A DNA stretch of 64,000 bases from Gammaproteobacteria bacterium (GTDB taxonomy: Bacteria > Pseudomonadota > Gammaproteobacteria > UBA5335 > SLRW01), in assembly GCA_035638695.1 (NCBI GenBank), contig DASQZM010000043.1, positions 22,795 through 86,794 of the forward strand. Direction: 5' to 3'. Numbering within the stretch: the first letter of the stretch is position 1; each line of letters begins with the position of its first letter. The notes below the pieces were generated by a model. That model was given only the letters and a program-made list of their open reading frames with translations, was not told the DNA's origin and did not search any database. Position numbers and translations under genes: made by a program. Below are positions 40,490 to 51,504 of this stretch, one piece after another.

Positions 40490-41722
40490 GTGAATGCGCG
40501 ACGCATCGCCTGGCTTTCGCTTCTGGCCCTGGTGGTTGTCGCCGGGCTGGCGTGGGGCCTGTGGCCGCGCGCGGTGCCCGTGGACACGGCGACGGCGCGC
40601 CGCGCGCCGCTGGAGGAGTCGGTCACGGCCGAGGGCCGCACGCGGGTGAAGGACCGCTACCAGGTCTCGGCCCCGGTCGCCGGCTACCTGGAACGGGTCC
40701 GGCTGGAGGTCGGGGACCGGGTGCAGCGGAAAGAGGTGCTGGCCGAGCTGAGACCGGTTCCGGCACCGGTGCTGGACGCCCGCGCCCGGGCCGCGGCGCA
40801 GGCGCGTGTGGCCCAGTCGCGGGCGGCCCTGGAGGCGGCGCGGACGCGCGTGGACGGCGCCACCGCGGCCGCCGCCTATGCGGACGCCGAGCAGCAGCGG
40901 CTGCGCCGGCTGCATGCCGCAGGGCACGTATCCCGGCAAGCCCTTGAGCGCGCCGAAAGCGCGGCTCGCCAGCGGCAGGCCGAGCTGCGCTCTGCGCGCT
41001 TCGAGGCGCGGGTGGCGCATTATCGCCTGGAAGCGGCGAAGACAGCGCTGCGCTTCGCCGGAGACAGCGCCGCGTCCGAGACGCTGCTGCCGATTCGGGC
41101 GCCGGTTTCCGGGCTGGTGCTGGGCATCGCCCGCAAGAGCGAGGGCGTCATCGCCGGCGGCGCGCCGATCGCGACGGTGGGCGACCCGCGCTCGCTGGAG
41201 GTCGCGGTCGACGTGCTCTCCAGCGACGCCGTGCGCATCCGGCCGGGGATGCCGGTCCGGCTGGAACGCTGGGGCGGCCCGCAGCCGCTGCAGGCGAGGG
41301 TCCGCACCGTCGAGCCGGCGGGTTTCACCAAAGTATCGGCGCTGGGCGTGGAGGAGCAGCGGGTCTGGGTCGTTGCCGACATCGTCTCACCCCCGGCGCA
41401 GTGGCGCACCCTGGGGGACGGCTACCGGGTGGACGCGAGCTTCGTGCTCTGGCGAGGGCAGCAGGTGCTGCAGGTACCGGCCAGTGCCGTGTTCCGTCGC
41501 GGCGACGGCTGGGCGGTGTTCCTGGTGCGCAACGGCCGGCTGCGCGTGCAGCCGGTCCGCGTCGGACACGGAAGCGGGCTCGCCACGCAGATACTCTCGG
41601 GACTGGCACGCGGCGACACCGTGGTCGCTCACCCCGGCAACGAGCTGCGCGAGGGCGTGCGCGTGCGGCCAACGGAGGGGCCCCCCGCGGCGGGGGGGCC
41701 CGGCGGGGCCGGCCCGGACTAG
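40490..41722 (+). CDS. HlyD-family periplasmic adaptor
   Basis: The GTG at 40490 is preceded by GAGGGAG. N-terminal TM helix, coiled-coil (AQARVAQSRAALEAARTRV...), C-terminal beta domains. Confidence 0.85.
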   Translation: MNARRIAWLSLLALVVVAGLAWGLWPRAVPVDTATARRAPLEESVTAEGRTRVKDRYQVSAPVAGYLERVRLEVGDRVQRKEVLAELRPVPAPVLDARARAAAQARVAQSRAALEAARTRVDGATAAAAYADAEQQRLRRLHAAGHVSRQALERAESAARQRQAELRSARFEARVAHYRLEAAKTALRFAGDSAASETLLPIRAPVSGLVLGIARKSEGVIAGGAPIATVGDPRSLEVAVDVLSSDAVRIRPGMPVRLERWGGPQPLQARVRTVEPAGFTKVSALGVEEQRVWVVADIVSPPAQWRTLGDGYRVDASFVLWRGQQVLQVPASAVFRRGDGWAVFLVRNGRLRVQPVRVGHGSGLATQILSGLARGDTVVAHPGNELREGVRVRPTEGPPAAGGPGGAGPD

Positions 41723-42993
41723 CCGGCCGCCTTCAGCGCCTGGTCGAGGTCCTCGCGCAGGTCGTCGACATGCTCCAGGCCGATGGACAGCCGCACCAGG
41801 TCCTCGGTCACCCCCGCCCGGGCCAGCTCTTCCGGGCCGAGCTGGCGGTGGGTCGTGGTCGCCGGGTGACAGGCGAGCGACTTGGCGTCGCCGATGTTGA
41901 CCAGGCGGGTCACCAGCTTGAGGGCGTCGATGAACCGCGCGCCGGCGTCGCGGCCGCCCTCGATGCCGAAGCTGAGGATGCCGGAGCCACGGCCACCACA
42001 GTACTTCCGGGCCAGCGCGTGGTAGGGATCGTCCTCCAGCCCCGCGTAGTGCACCCAGCTGACGCCCGGATGCGACTTCAGGTGCTGCGCGAGCACGCAG
42101 GTGCTCTCGCAGATCCGGTCCATCCGCACCGGCAGAGTCTCGATGCCCTGCAGCACCAGGAAGGCGTTGAACGGCGACAGTGCGCCGCCCATGTTGCGCA
42201 GGGGCACGGTGCGGGCCCGTGCGATGTAGGCCGCCTCGCCCATCGCCTCGGTGAACACCACCCCGTGGTACGAGGGATCCGGCTCATTGAGACCGGGGAA
42301 GCGGTCCTTGTGGGCGACCCAGTCGAAACGCCCCGAATCCACCAGGATCCCGGCGATGCTCGTGCCGTGGCCGCCCATGTACTTGGTCAGCGAGTGCACC
42401 GCCAGGTCCGCGCCGTGATCGAAGACCTTGCACAGGTACGGGGTGGCGACGGTGTTGTCCACCATCATCGGCACGCCATGCGCGTGCGCCACCTCGGCCA
42501 CCCGTTCCAGGTCCACGACATTCCCGGCCGGGTTGCCGATGGACTCGCAATAGACCAGGCGCGTTTGAGCGTCGATGCTGCGATCCAGCGCCTCGAAGTC
42601 GTCGGAGTCCACGAACCGCACGTCGATCCCCAGGCGCGGGAGGGTATGCGCGAACAGATTGTAGGTCCCGCCGTAGAGCTGCGTGGTAGTGACGATGTTG
42701 TCCCCGCTGCCGGCGATCGTCAGTACCCCGGCCGTGATCGCGGCCATGCCCGAGGCCATCGCCAGCGCGCCGACACCGCCTTCCATCGCCGCCACCCGCT
42801 GCTCGAGCACGGCGTTGGTCGGGTTCATGATGCGCGTGTAGATGTTGCCCTCGACCTTGAGGTCGAACAGGTCGGCGCCGTGCTGGGTGTCGTCGAAGGC
42901 GTAGGACGTGGTCTGATAGATGGGTACCGCCACCGCGCGGGTGGTGGGATCCGGTGCATAGCCGGCGTGGACGGCGAGGGTCTCGATCTTCAT
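41719..42993 (-). CDS. metY: O-acetylhomoserine/O-acetylserine sulfhydrylase (PLP, Cys/Met metabolism family)
   Basis: The ATG at 42993 has GGAGGA 7 nt upstream. MKIETLAVHAGYAPDPTTRAVAVPIYQTTSYAF...; SLTKYMGGHG (PLP Lys). Confidence 0.9.
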   Translation of the reverse strand: MKIETLAVHAGYAPDPTTRAVAVPIYQTTSYAFDDTQHGADLFDLKVEGNIYTRIMNPTNAVLEQRVAAMEGGVGALAMASGMAAITAGVLTIAGSGDNIVTTTQLYGGTYNLFAHTLPRLGIDVRFVDSDDFEALDRSIDAQTRLVYCESIGNPAGNVVDLERVAEVAHAHGVPMMVDNTVATPYLCKVFDHGADLAVHSLTKYMGGHGTSIAGILVDSGRFDWVAHKDRFPGLNEPDPSYHGVVFTEAMGEAAYIARARTVPLRNMGGALSPFNAFLVLQGIETLPVRMDRICESTCVLAQHLKSHPGVSWVHYAGLEDDPYHALARKYCGGRGSGILSFGIEGGRDAGARFIDALKLVTRLVNIGDAKSLACHPATTTHRQLGPEELARAGVTEDLVRLSIGLEHVDDLREDLDQALKAAG

Positions 42994-43109
42994 GGGGAAT
43001 CCTCCATCCCGCGTTTGTGCCGTGATTACGGCCGTCGCCGGGCGCGCGGCCGGGCGCACAGTGTGCGTCACGCGCCCCGGTTTCACCAGCGCGTTTGGTT
43101 ATATGGAAA

Positions 43110-43670
43110 TTACCAGCGTTCCCGGCCACCCCAGCCCGGGTCCGTGTCCGGGTGCCAGGAGGCGCGGAAGATCGCCGCGAGGGTCTTGGCGTCAGGGATC
43201 TCGCCGCCGCGGGCCATGTCCAGCACCCGGTTCCATGGCAGCCAGTGGACTTCCAGGACCTCGCCGGGTTCGCGCCGGACCGTTCCGGCCTCGAGCTCGC
43301 GTGCCAGGTACAGGTGGATCACCTCGTCACTGAACGCGGGCGCGGTGAGAATCGCTCCCAGCGCGTCCCAGCGCCGCGCGCGCACGCCGGTCTCCTCCTC
43401 CAGCTCCCGGCGGGCAGCCGCGAGCGGCTCCTCGCCCGGGTCGATCTTTCCCGCCGGCAGCTCCCAGATCCAGCCCACCGGGGGCCGATACTGCCGGATC
43501 AGGCACACGCGCTGGTCCGCGTCCAGCGGCAGGGCGGCCGCAGCGCCGGGATGGCGCACGACCTCGAACTCCATCTCCATGCCATTCGGCAGCCGCACCG
43601 TCTCGGCGCGCAGGTCCACCACGCGGCCGCGATGAAGCTGCCGTGATCTCACGGGCTTGTCCATGTTCAC
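43110..43670 (-). CDS. nudF: ADP-ribose pyrophosphatase-like Nudix hydrolase
   Basis: Nudix box GKIDPGEEPLAAARRELEEETG. GTG start at 43670 (overlapping the thpR stop) or ATG at 43664. Confidence 0.82.
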   Translation of the reverse strand: MNMDKPVRSRQLHRGRVVDLRAETVRLPNGMEMEFEVVRHPGAAAALPLDADQRVCLIRQYRPPVGWIWELPAGKIDPGEEPLAAARRELEEETGVRARRWDALGAILTAPAFSDEVIHLYLARELEAGTVRREPGEVLEVHWLPWNRVLDMARGGEIPDAKTLAAIFRASWHPDTDPGWGGRERW

Positions 43671-44242
43671 TCCGGTGCCGGCGGTGACGCCGGTTGCAGT
43701 GGGTAACGTTCCAGGGCCGTGTGCACGGCGCCCCCGGGGCGCAGGTCGCTACGGTACAGCACCAGTTCCCACGCACGGCAGGCGACCTGGACGGGGACCG
43801 GCTCGCGCGGCAGGCGCAGTCGCCTCCCGCGTGCCCGCGCCAGGGTGATGTGGCCGCGGAACGGGCGGCGCTCCACTTCCAGGCCGGCGCCCGCCGCCGC
43901 TCCGCGCACTGCCTCCGCGAGGGCCTCCAGCGGGCGACAGGGCGCAACCACGGCCGCCACCACCCGCGGGCGCGCCACCGACGGGAAGCCGGCAAGCGAG
44001 GGCACCCGGTAGTCGAACGGCGCCGCGTCCGCCGCCGCCTCCCGGAGCCCCCGCGTGAGCGCCGCGAGGGCATCGTCCTCGACCCGTCCCAGGAAAACCA
44101 GCGTCAGGTGCAACGCTTCGCGCGGCAGCCAGCGCAGCGGTGGCGGGCGCTCCAGGCGCTGCTCGAGATCCGCCGCGGCCTGCTGCAGGCGGTCCAGCAG
44201 CCCGGCGCAGACGGGCAAGGCGACAAAGGCGCGCGGAATCAT
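43667..44242 (-). CDS. thpR: RNA 2',3'-cyclic phosphodiesterase (2H phosphoesterase, ThpR/LigT)
   Basis: ATG at 44242 (MIPRAFVALPV). Two HxT motifs, HLTLVFLG and HITLAR. Confidence 0.85.
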   Translation of the reverse strand: MIPRAFVALPVCAGLLDRLQQAAADLEQRLERPPPLRWLPREALHLTLVFLGRVEDDALAALTRGLREAAADAAPFDYRVPSLAGFPSVARPRVVAAVVAPCRPLEALAEAVRGAAAGAGLEVERRPFRGHITLARARGRRLRLPREPVPVQVACRAWELVLYRSDLRPGGAVHTALERYPLQPASPPAPE

Positions 44243-44674
44243 GGGGTTTTCCGTCACGGGCCGCCCGCGGCGCGGACGGCGTGAGGCCATCGCGGGGTAT
44301 TGTGGCCAATCGCCGGCACGTGGTCCAATTTGCCGGCCTGCTCGAAGGTACCGGCGCGGCAAGCGCCCCCTGCACGACTAGCTTGCGGCCAACGCCGACG
44401 AGCACGGCCGGCGACCCGCTTACATCTTTTGCCGGCGCGAGATCGGCTGGGCCGGGCTTTACGATGCCGCCTGCCGGCTGGCTGCCTTCCCGCGCGGCCC
44501 GGGCGTGGCGCGCGGCGAGCGGGTCGGGCTGTTCCTGCAGAACTGTCCCCGGTACCTGAGGTATAATGGCCGATCCGGGACGCTTCGAACATGGCCGGCG
44601 GGCGTCCCGGGGAGAGACGGCGGCCAGAGCGGCCCCCTTCCCGACGCCGGCAAAGCACTTGCGGCTTTCCCCCT

Positions 44675-45118
44675 ATGAATCCATTTTCACAGCTATTCCT
44701 GGTCTTCGTGCTGATCCCCATCGCGGAGATCGTGGTCCTGATCAAGGTTGGTTCGATCATCGGCGCGCTGCCCACCGTGGCGCTGGTGATCCTGACCGCG
44801 GTCGCCGGTGCGGCCCTGATGCGCCACCAGGGCATGCAGACGATGAGCGCCGTGCGCCAGGCCATGGGCCGGGGCGAGATACCGGCCGTCGAGATGCTGG
44901 AAGGCATGGGACTGCTACTGGGCGGCGCGCTGCTGCTCACGCCGGGCTTCATCACCGACGCCTTCGGCTTCGCCTTGCTGGTACCGCCGCTGCGCCGTCG
45001 CCTGGCACGCCACATGCTATCGCGCATGGAGGTCCGGGACACCACCGGCGGCCGATCCGCTCGCGGGACCGCCGGGCACTACACCATCGAGGGCGAGTTC
45101 CGCCACCGCGATGACTGA
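44675..45118 (+). CDS. fxsA: FxsA family membrane protein
   Basis: ATG at 44675: LFLVFVLIPIAEIVVLIKVGSIIG...LLLTPGFITDAFGFALLVPPLRR. Confidence 0.85.
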   Translation: MNPFSQLFLVFVLIPIAEIVVLIKVGSIIGALPTVALVILTAVAGAALMRHQGMQTMSAVRQAMGRGEIPAVEMLEGMGLLLGGALLLTPGFITDAFGFALLVPPLRRRLARHMLSRMEVRDTTGGRSARGTAGHYTIEGEFRHRDD

Positions 45119-45231
45119 CGCGCGCCGCGCACCCTTTCCGATTGCCGATCCAAGCAAGGGGAACGCCGGCAAGGCCAGCGGAGTGCGGGCGAGCGAATGC
45201 GCCCCGGCCGGGCGGCCGGGGCGCACCTGGC

Positions 45232-46440
45232 TCACATGGTCTTGCTGAGCTCGATGCGGGCCACCGTGCGACGGTGAACCTCGTCCGGGCCATCGGCGAG
45301 GCGCAGGGTGCGCAGCCCGGACCACGCCTTGGCGAGGAAGAAGTCCGAGGTGACACCAGCCGCGCCGTGCGCCTGGATCGCCCGGTCGACCACCCGCAGG
45401 GCCATGTTCGGCGCCACGACTTTGATCATGGCGATCTCCGACCGTGCCACCTTGTTGCCGACGGTGTCCATCATGTAGGCGGCCTTGAGCGTCAGCAGGC
45501 GGGCTTGGTCGATCTCCATGCGTGAATCGGCGATCCACTCCTGGATCACGCCCTGCTTGTACAGCGGCGTGCCGAAGGTCTCGCGCTGCTTCACCCGTGC
45601 GATCATCGCCTCCAGCGCCCTTTCAGCCAGGCCAATCGTGCGCATGCAGTGGTGGATGCGTCCGGGACCGAGGCGCCCCTGGGCGATTTCGAAACCGCGT
45701 CCCTCACCGAGGAGCATGTTCGACGCGGGCACCCGCACGCTGTCGTATTCGATTTCCATGTGCCCGTGCGGGGCGTCGTCGTATCCGAACACGGGCAGGT
45801 GGCGCAGCAGCTTCACCCCCTTGCTGTCCATCGGCACCAGGATCATGGACTGCTGCCGGTGGCGCTCGGCCTCGGGGTCGTTCTTCCCCATGACGATCAG
45901 GATCTTGCAGCGCGGATCGCCGGCGCCGGAGGTCCACCACTTGCGACCGCCGACGACGTACTCGTCGCCCTCGCGCCTGATCTGGCACTGGATGTTGGTG
46001 GCATCCGACGACGCCACGGCGGGCTCGGTCATGGAGAACCCGGAACGGATCTTGCCTTCCAGCAGCGGCTCCAGCCACTGCGCCTGCTGCTCCTTCGTGC
46101 CGTACCGGGCCAGCACTTCCATGTTGCCGGTGTCAGGGGCGGCGCAGTTGAACGCCTCGGGCGCAATGCCGGAGCGGCCCATGATTTCGCACAGCGGGGC
46201 ATACTCGAGGTTGGTCAGGCCCGCGCCGTACTCGCTTTCGGGCAGGAACAGGTTCCACAGGCCGGCCTTCTTCGCCTTCTCCTTGAGCTCTTCCATGATC
46301 GGCGGGACGAAGTTCCAGCGATCCTCGGCGCTGTCGAGCTGCTCGTGATAGACCCGCTCGTTGGGGTAGATATGCTCCTCCATGAATTCCTGGAGCTGCT
46401 TCTGAAGCTTCTTCACCTTGTCGGAATACTCGAATTCCAC
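45232..46440 (-). CDS. Acyl-CoA dehydrogenase family protein
   Basis: 402 aa: [14 protein letters not shown]..., [12 protein letters not shown], and the C-terminal helical domain. Confidence 0.9.
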   Translation of the reverse strand: MEFEYSDKVKKLQKQLQEFMEEHIYPNERVYHEQLDSAEDRWNFVPPIMEELKEKAKKAGLWNLFLPESEYGAGLTNLEYAPLCEIMGRSGIAPEAFNCAAPDTGNMEVLARYGTKEQQAQWLEPLLEGKIRSGFSMTEPAVASSDATNIQCQIRREGDEYVVGGRKWWTSGAGDPRCKILIVMGKNDPEAERHRQQSMILVPMDSKGVKLLRHLPVFGYDDAPHGHMEIEYDSVRVPASNMLLGEGRGFEIAQGRLGPGRIHHCMRTIGLAERALEAMIARVKQRETFGTPLYKQGVIQEWIADSRMEIDQARLLTLKAAYMMDTVGNKVARSEIAMIKVVAPNMALRVVDRAIQAHGAAGVTSDFFLAKAWSGLRTLRLADGPDEVHRRTVARIELSKTM

Positions 46441-46726
46441 GTCTGTCTCCCGAGTGGCCTGTCAGTGTGATGCCGGAAGTCGTTAGTGCCGGTACGACAG
46501 CATAGCGACGCCGGAAGGCAAAAAACAGCCGCAGGCAGGCGCTTGCGGACTAAATCCGAGCAAGCGTTCGGGGAATTCGCGGAAAAACCCGCACCTGTGA
46601 ATCCCCGCCGGCTGCCGCCGAGGTCTCCCCGTCACCGCGTTGCGCCCCCTTGCGCGGCATCTTGCGCGACGGCGCGGGGCCACCGCCCCGGTAGTCGGGA
46701 ACCCCGGGTCTGATACAATCGCCGCC

Positions 46727-47218
46727 ATGAACACGCTCGTCGGCCTGGTCATGGGCTCCAGATCGGACTGGGAAACGATGCGCCACGCGGCGGAGACGCT
46801 CGATGCCGTGGGCGTAGCGTACGAATCACGCGTGGTCTCCGCCCATCGCACGCCGGACCTGCTGTTCGAGTACGCGGCAGGGGTACGCGGACGCGGGCTC
46901 GAGGTGATCATCGCCGGGGCAGGCGGTGCCGCCCACCTGCCGGGCATGCTGGCGGCCAAGACCAGCCTGCCGGTCCTGGGCGTCCCGGTGCAGTCGCGTG
47001 CGCTCAGCGGCATGGACTCATTGCTCTCGATCGTGCAGATGCCCGCGGGCGTCCCGGTGGGCACGCTTGCCATCGGGCGCTCCGGGGCGGTCAACGCGGC
47101 CCTGCTCGCCGCGGCGATCCTCGCCAACAAGCACCCCGGAATATGCGATGCGCTCGACGGCTACCGCCGGAGGCAGACAGAGCAGGTCCTGGCACATCCC
47201 GATCCCGGGGAGTCCTGA
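46727..47218 (+). CDS. purE: N5-carboxyaminoimidazole ribonucleotide mutase
   Basis: [18 protein letters not shown]...SAHRTPD...[14 protein letters not shown]. Confidence 0.95.
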   Translation: MNTLVGLVMGSRSDWETMRHAAETLDAVGVAYESRVVSAHRTPDLLFEYAAGVRGRGLEVIIAGAGGAAHLPGMLAAKTSLPVLGVPVQSRALSGMDSLLSIVQMPAGVPVGTLAIGRSGAVNAALLAAAILANKHPGICDALDGYRRRQTEQVLAHPDPGES

Positions 47219-48333
47219 TGAAGGTCGGCATCCTGGGCGGTGGCCAGCTCGCACAGATGCTGGTGCTGGCCGGCATTCCGCTGGGTTATCGTTTTGTCGC
47301 GCTGGACCCCGATCCCAACGCTCCCGCCGGGCGGGTGGCCCCGCTGATCAAGGCCGAGTACGACGATCCCGATGCGCTCGATCAGCTCGCGGACCAGGTG
47401 GACGTGGTGACCTACGACTTCGAGAACGTCCCGGCCCACGTCGCCCGGCGGCTTGCCGGTCATGTGGAGGTGCACCCGCCCGGCAACGCCCTGGCCGCTG
47501 CACAGGACCGGCTCCCCGAGAAGCGGTTGTTCGGCACCCTGGGGATCGACACGGCAGCATACCGCCCGGTGGACAGCCGCGAGGAGCTGGAAGGCGCGGT
47601 CGCGAGGCTGGGCCTGCCCGCGCTGCTCAAGACCCGGCGGCTGGGCTACGACGGTAAGGGCCAGTTTTTGCTGCGCCGGCGGCGCGACATAGACCGGGCC
47701 TGGGAGCATCTGCGCGGGCGGCCGGCGATCCTGGAGGGGTTCGTCGAGTTCGAGCGCGAGGTTTCACTGCTGTGCGTGCGCTCCACCCGGGACGAGGTCG
47801 CCTTCTATCCCCTGGTGGAGAATCGTCACCGCGGTGGCATCCTGCGGGTCTCCCGGGCGCCGTACCGGGCCCCGGTGCTGCAACGGCAGGCCGAGGCGCA
47901 CGGCGGTGCGCTTCTGGCGGAGCTGGACTACGTCGGCGTGCTGGCGATTGAGTTCTTCTTGCGCGACGGCGTCCTGATCGCCAACGAGATGGCGCCCAGG
48001 GTGCACAACTCCGGGCACTGGACCATCGAGGGTGCACAAACCAGCCAGTTCGAGAACCACCTGCGGGCGGTCACGGGGCTGCCGCTGGGCGATGCCGCCA
48101 GCGCCGGGGCAAGCGCGATGGTCAACTGCATCGGCGGCGAGCCCGCCCTGGCGGATGTCGCCGCCATTGCGGGCGCACACGTGCACAGCTACGGAAAGTC
48201 GCCGCGGCGGGGACGCAAGCTGGGTCATATCACCCTCGCGGCGAGCGACCCGGAGACACTGGAGCGGCGGCTGCCCGCGTTGCTGGAGCTGATCGAAGAC
48301 AGCGCCGACGCGCCCGGAGACCGCACCGGATAG
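47218..48333 (+). CDS. purK: N5-carboxyaminoimidazole ribonucleotide synthase
   Basis: [15 protein letters not shown]... ATP-grasp fold. The ATG shares its A with the purE stop codon. Confidence 0.93.
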   Translation: MKVGILGGGQLAQMLVLAGIPLGYRFVALDPDPNAPAGRVAPLIKAEYDDPDALDQLADQVDVVTYDFENVPAHVARRLAGHVEVHPPGNALAAAQDRLPEKRLFGTLGIDTAAYRPVDSREELEGAVARLGLPALLKTRRLGYDGKGQFLLRRRRDIDRAWEHLRGRPAILEGFVEFEREVSLLCVRSTRDEVAFYPLVENRHRGGILRVSRAPYRAPVLQRQAEAHGGALLAELDYVGVLAIEFFLRDGVLIANEMAPRVHNSGHWTIEGAQTSQFENHLRAVTGLPLGDAASAGASAMVNCIGGEPALADVAAIAGAHVHSYGKSPRRGRKLGHITLAASDPETLERRLPALLELIEDSADAPGDRTG

Positions 48334-48359
48334 GTAGGCGCTGTTCCGGGTTGCCGTGG

Positions 48360-49424
48360 TTAGAGCAGGGGCAGCTGGTTTCCGGTTCCCGGAACGCGGA
48401 AGGCGTCGGTATCCAGCGGCGGCGCCGGGGCGAAGCGATAGCGGGTATGCGCGAGGCGGAAGCGCTGCGCGATGACGTTGGCCCTCGCGCCGGTCCCGCG
48501 CATGCGCCGTCCGAACGCGCCGTCGCTGTCGCGTCCGCCGCGGGTGTCGCGGATCGCGTTCATCACGTGCGCGGCGTGGCCGGGCCGATGATGCGACAGC
48601 CACTCCGGGAACAGCTCGGCCACCTCGCCCGGCAGGCGCAGCAGGGTGTACCCGGCGAAGCTCGCGCCGGCCTGGCGAGCCCGGGCCAGGATGGACTCCA
48701 TCTCGGGGTCGGTGAGCACCGGGATGAGCGGGGCCACCAGCACGCCCACGGGAATGCCGGCCGCGGCTAGCCGCCGGATGACCTCGAGCCGACGCAGCGG
48801 CGCCGCGGCACGCGGCTCCATTCGGCGCGCCAGCCCATGGTCCAGCGTGGTCACGGAGATCATCACCTGGCACAGGGCCTGCTCCGCCATCCGGGAGAGC
48901 AGATCGACATCGCGCAACACCAGGGCCGACTTGGTCACCAGCGTCAGCGGGTGGCGGTACTCCCACAGGACTTCCAGTAGGGCGCGCGTGATGCCGAGCC
49001 GGCGCTCGGCCGGCTGATAGATGTCGGTATTGCCGCCCAGTGCGATCGGGCGGCAGACGTAGCCGGGTCGCGCCAGCTCATCCCGGAGCAGGGTCGCCGC
49101 GTCCGGCTTGTAGACGATGCGGCTCTCGAAATCCAGCCCCGGCGAGTAGCCGAGCTGGGCGTGCGAGGGCCGCGCATAGCAGTAGATGCAGCCGTGCTCA
49201 CAGCCCCGGTAGGGATTGATGGTGCGGTCGAAGGGCAGGTCCGGCGAGCGGACCCGGTTGAGGATCGAGCGGCTGCCGTCCCGCTCGAGCCGCGTCCGCA
49301 GCGGCTCCGGCGCCTCGTCGGGCGGCCAGCCGTCGTCGAAGCTCTCGTGCCGCAGCCGATGGTAGCGGCTGTCGCGGTTGCTCGCCGCACCGCGTCCCTT
49401 GCGCGTGGCATCCGGATCGGTCAT
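48360..49424 (-). CDS. Radical SAM protein, PA0069-like family
   Basis: KGRGAASNRDSRYHRL...FDDGW N-terminus and CEHGCIYCYA (CxxxCxxC) cluster motif. Confidence 0.85.
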   Translation of the reverse strand: MTDPDATRKGRGAASNRDSRYHRLRHESFDDGWPPDEAPEPLRTRLERDGSRSILNRVRSPDLPFDRTINPYRGCEHGCIYCYARPSHAQLGYSPGLDFESRIVYKPDAATLLRDELARPGYVCRPIALGGNTDIYQPAERRLGITRALLEVLWEYRHPLTLVTKSALVLRDVDLLSRMAEQALCQVMISVTTLDHGLARRMEPRAAAPLRRLEVIRRLAAAGIPVGVLVAPLIPVLTDPEMESILARARQAGASFAGYTLLRLPGEVAELFPEWLSHHRPGHAAHVMNAIRDTRGGRDSDGAFGRRMRGTGARANVIAQRFRLAHTRYRFAPAPPLDTDAFRVPGTGNQLPLL

Positions 49425-49515
49425 CCGCGGGCCTCCGGTCGGGCATCGTCACGGCCCCGCGCCCGGGCTCTACCACCGCCGGCGGCGCGCGGCCGGACCG
49501 CAGCGGGACACGGTC

Positions 49516-51408
49516 TCACGACGAGGCCGTTCGCGGCAGCTCGGCGCCGCACCGCTTCAGGTGAACCAGCAGCAGCGAGATCGCCGCCGGGGTCACGCCC
49601 GGGATGCGCGCGGCCTGCGCGAGCGTCGCTGGCCGGGCCCGTAGCAGCTTTTCCCGCACCTCGTTCGACAGTCCGGCCACCGCGCCGTAGTCCAGGTCGG
49701 CCGGAAGCGCGGTTTCCTCGTGGCGCCGGGAAAGCTCGATCTCGCGCTGCTGGCGCTCGACATAGCCGGCGTAGCGGGCCTCGATCTCGAGCTGCTCGAC
49801 CACGTCGGCGCGCTCCGTCCCGCCGCCGATCAGCTCCGCCACCTCGGGGTACCCCACCTCGGGCCGGCGCAGCAGGTCGAAGGCGCTGACCTCGTTTTGC
49901 AGCGGCCGCCCGAGGACCTCCGCCTGGTGCTGCCGGCGCCGGCCGCCGGGCCGGATCATGGTGCCGCGCAGACGGCCGCGTTCCCGCTCGAGGGCATCCC
50001 GGCGAGCCTCGAACGGTGCCCAGCGCCCGTCGTCGACCAGGCCCATCTGCCGGCCCTCCGGGGTCAGCCGGAGGTCGGCGTTGTCCTCCCGTAGCTGGAG
50101 GCGATATTCGGCCCGGCTGGTGAACATGCGATAGGGCTCGCGGGTGCCGCGGGTGGTCAGATCGTCGATCAGGACGCCGATGTAGGCCTGGTCCCGCCGG
50201 GGAGTCCACGGCGCCTCGCCGCGGCTGTGGCGAGCAGCGTTGAGACCGGCGATCAGCCCCTGCGCGGCGGCCTCCTCATAGCCGGTGGTGCCGTTGATCT
50301 GCCCCGCCAGGTACAGCCCGGCGAGGATCCGCGAGGCCAGCGAGGGATCCAGGTCGCGCGGGTCGAGATAGTCGTACTCGATCGCGTAACCGGGCCGGGT
50401 GATGTGCGCTTGCTCGAAGCCGCGGATGGAACGTACCAGGCGGTGCTGGGTCGCGAACGGCAGGCTGGTCGATATGCCGTTGGGGTAGACCTCGTGCACG
50501 TCCAGTCCCTGGGGCTCGACGAATACCTGGTGCGAGCTCCGATCGGGGAAACGCACCACCTTGTCCTCCACGGACGGGCAGTAGCGGGGCCCGCTGCCCG
50601 TGATCGCCCCGGTGAACATGGGCGAGTCACCCAGTCCCTCGCGGATGATTTCGTGCGTGCGCTCGTTGGTCTGGGTGATGTGGCAGCACACCTGGCGCGG
50701 GTGCGCGGATGGATCGCCCAGGAAGGAGAACGCGGGCCGCGGCTCGTCGCCGGGCTGGGCCGCCAGGCGCGAATAGTCAATGCTGCGGCCGTCGAGCCGC
50801 GGCGGGGTACCGGTCTTGAGACGATCCACGTGAAACGGGAGCTCCCGCAGGCGCCGGGCGAGCGCATTTGCGGGCGCATCGCCGGCGCGGCCGCCGGCCT
50901 GGCTGGAGCGGCCCACGTGGATGCGCCCTCCGAGGAACGTCCCCACGGTCAGGACCACCGCCCCGGCGTGAAAGCGCAGACCCATGCGCGTCGCTACCCC
51001 GCGTACCCGGTCGCCCTCGACCAGCAGATCGTCGACCGGTTGCTGGAACAGGGACAGGCCAGGCTGGGTCTCGAGCGCGGCCCGCACGGCGCGCCGGTAC
51101 AGGCTGCGGTCCGCCTGGCAGCGGGTCGCCCGCACCGCGGGGCCCTTGCTCGCGTTGAGGCGACGGAACTGGATCCCGGCCTGGTCGGCCGCGCGTGCCA
51201 TCAGGCCCCCGAGGGCGTCGATCTCGCGCACCAGGTGACCCTTGCCGATGCCGCCGATGGCCGGGTTGCAGCTCATCTGCCCCAGGGTCTCCAGGTTGTC
51301 GGTCAGCAGCAGGGTGGCGGCGCCGGTGCGTGCGCTCGCGAGCGCCGCCTCGGCGCCCGCGTGGCCGCCGCCCACGACGATCACGTCATAGCTGCCCGGG
51401 TAGCTCAT
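49516..51408 (-). CDS. mnmG: tRNA uridine 5-carboxymethylaminomethyl modification enzyme MnmG (GidA)
   Basis: ATG at 51408: [21 protein letters not shown]...[15 protein letters not shown]. Confidence 0.95.
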   Translation of the reverse strand: MSYPGSYDVIVVGGGHAGAEAALASARTGAATLLLTDNLETLGQMSCNPAIGGIGKGHLVREIDALGGLMARAADQAGIQFRRLNASKGPAVRATRCQADRSLYRRAVRAALETQPGLSLFQQPVDDLLVEGDRVRGVATRMGLRFHAGAVVLTVGTFLGGRIHVGRSSQAGGRAGDAPANALARRLRELPFHVDRLKTGTPPRLDGRSIDYSRLAAQPGDEPRPAFSFLGDPSAHPRQVCCHITQTNERTHEIIREGLGDSPMFTGAITGSGPRYCPSVEDKVVRFPDRSSHQVFVEPQGLDVHEVYPNGISTSLPFATQHRLVRSIRGFEQAHITRPGYAIEYDYLDPRDLDPSLASRILAGLYLAGQINGTTGYEEAAAQGLIAGLNAARHSRGEAPWTPRRDQAYIGVLIDDLTTRGTREPYRMFTSRAEYRLQLREDNADLRLTPEGRQMGLVDDGRWAPFEARRDALERERGRLRGTMIRPGGRRRQHQAEVLGRPLQNEVSAFDLLRRPEVGYPEVAELIGGGTERADVVEQLEIEARYAGYVERQQREIELSRRHEETALPADLDYGAVAGLSNEVREKLLRARPATLAQAARIPGVTPAAISLLLVHLKRCGAELPRTASS

Positions 51409-51504
51409 GGTCCGCGCCCTCGTCTGCCGGGAATCCATTGTAGAGGCTGTCGAACCCTGGTGCAGCCGGTGCTGGTCAAGCTGGAGACGGCGTTATAACA
51501 AATA

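Noticed and set aside
42994-43109. 116-nt leader of metY with a GCGCACA/TGTGCGC hairpin; checked for a SAM/SAH riboswitch
   Set aside because: I could not recognise SAM-I, SAM-II or SAH conserved cores by eye. Only a generic hairpin is visible, and cmscan would be needed.
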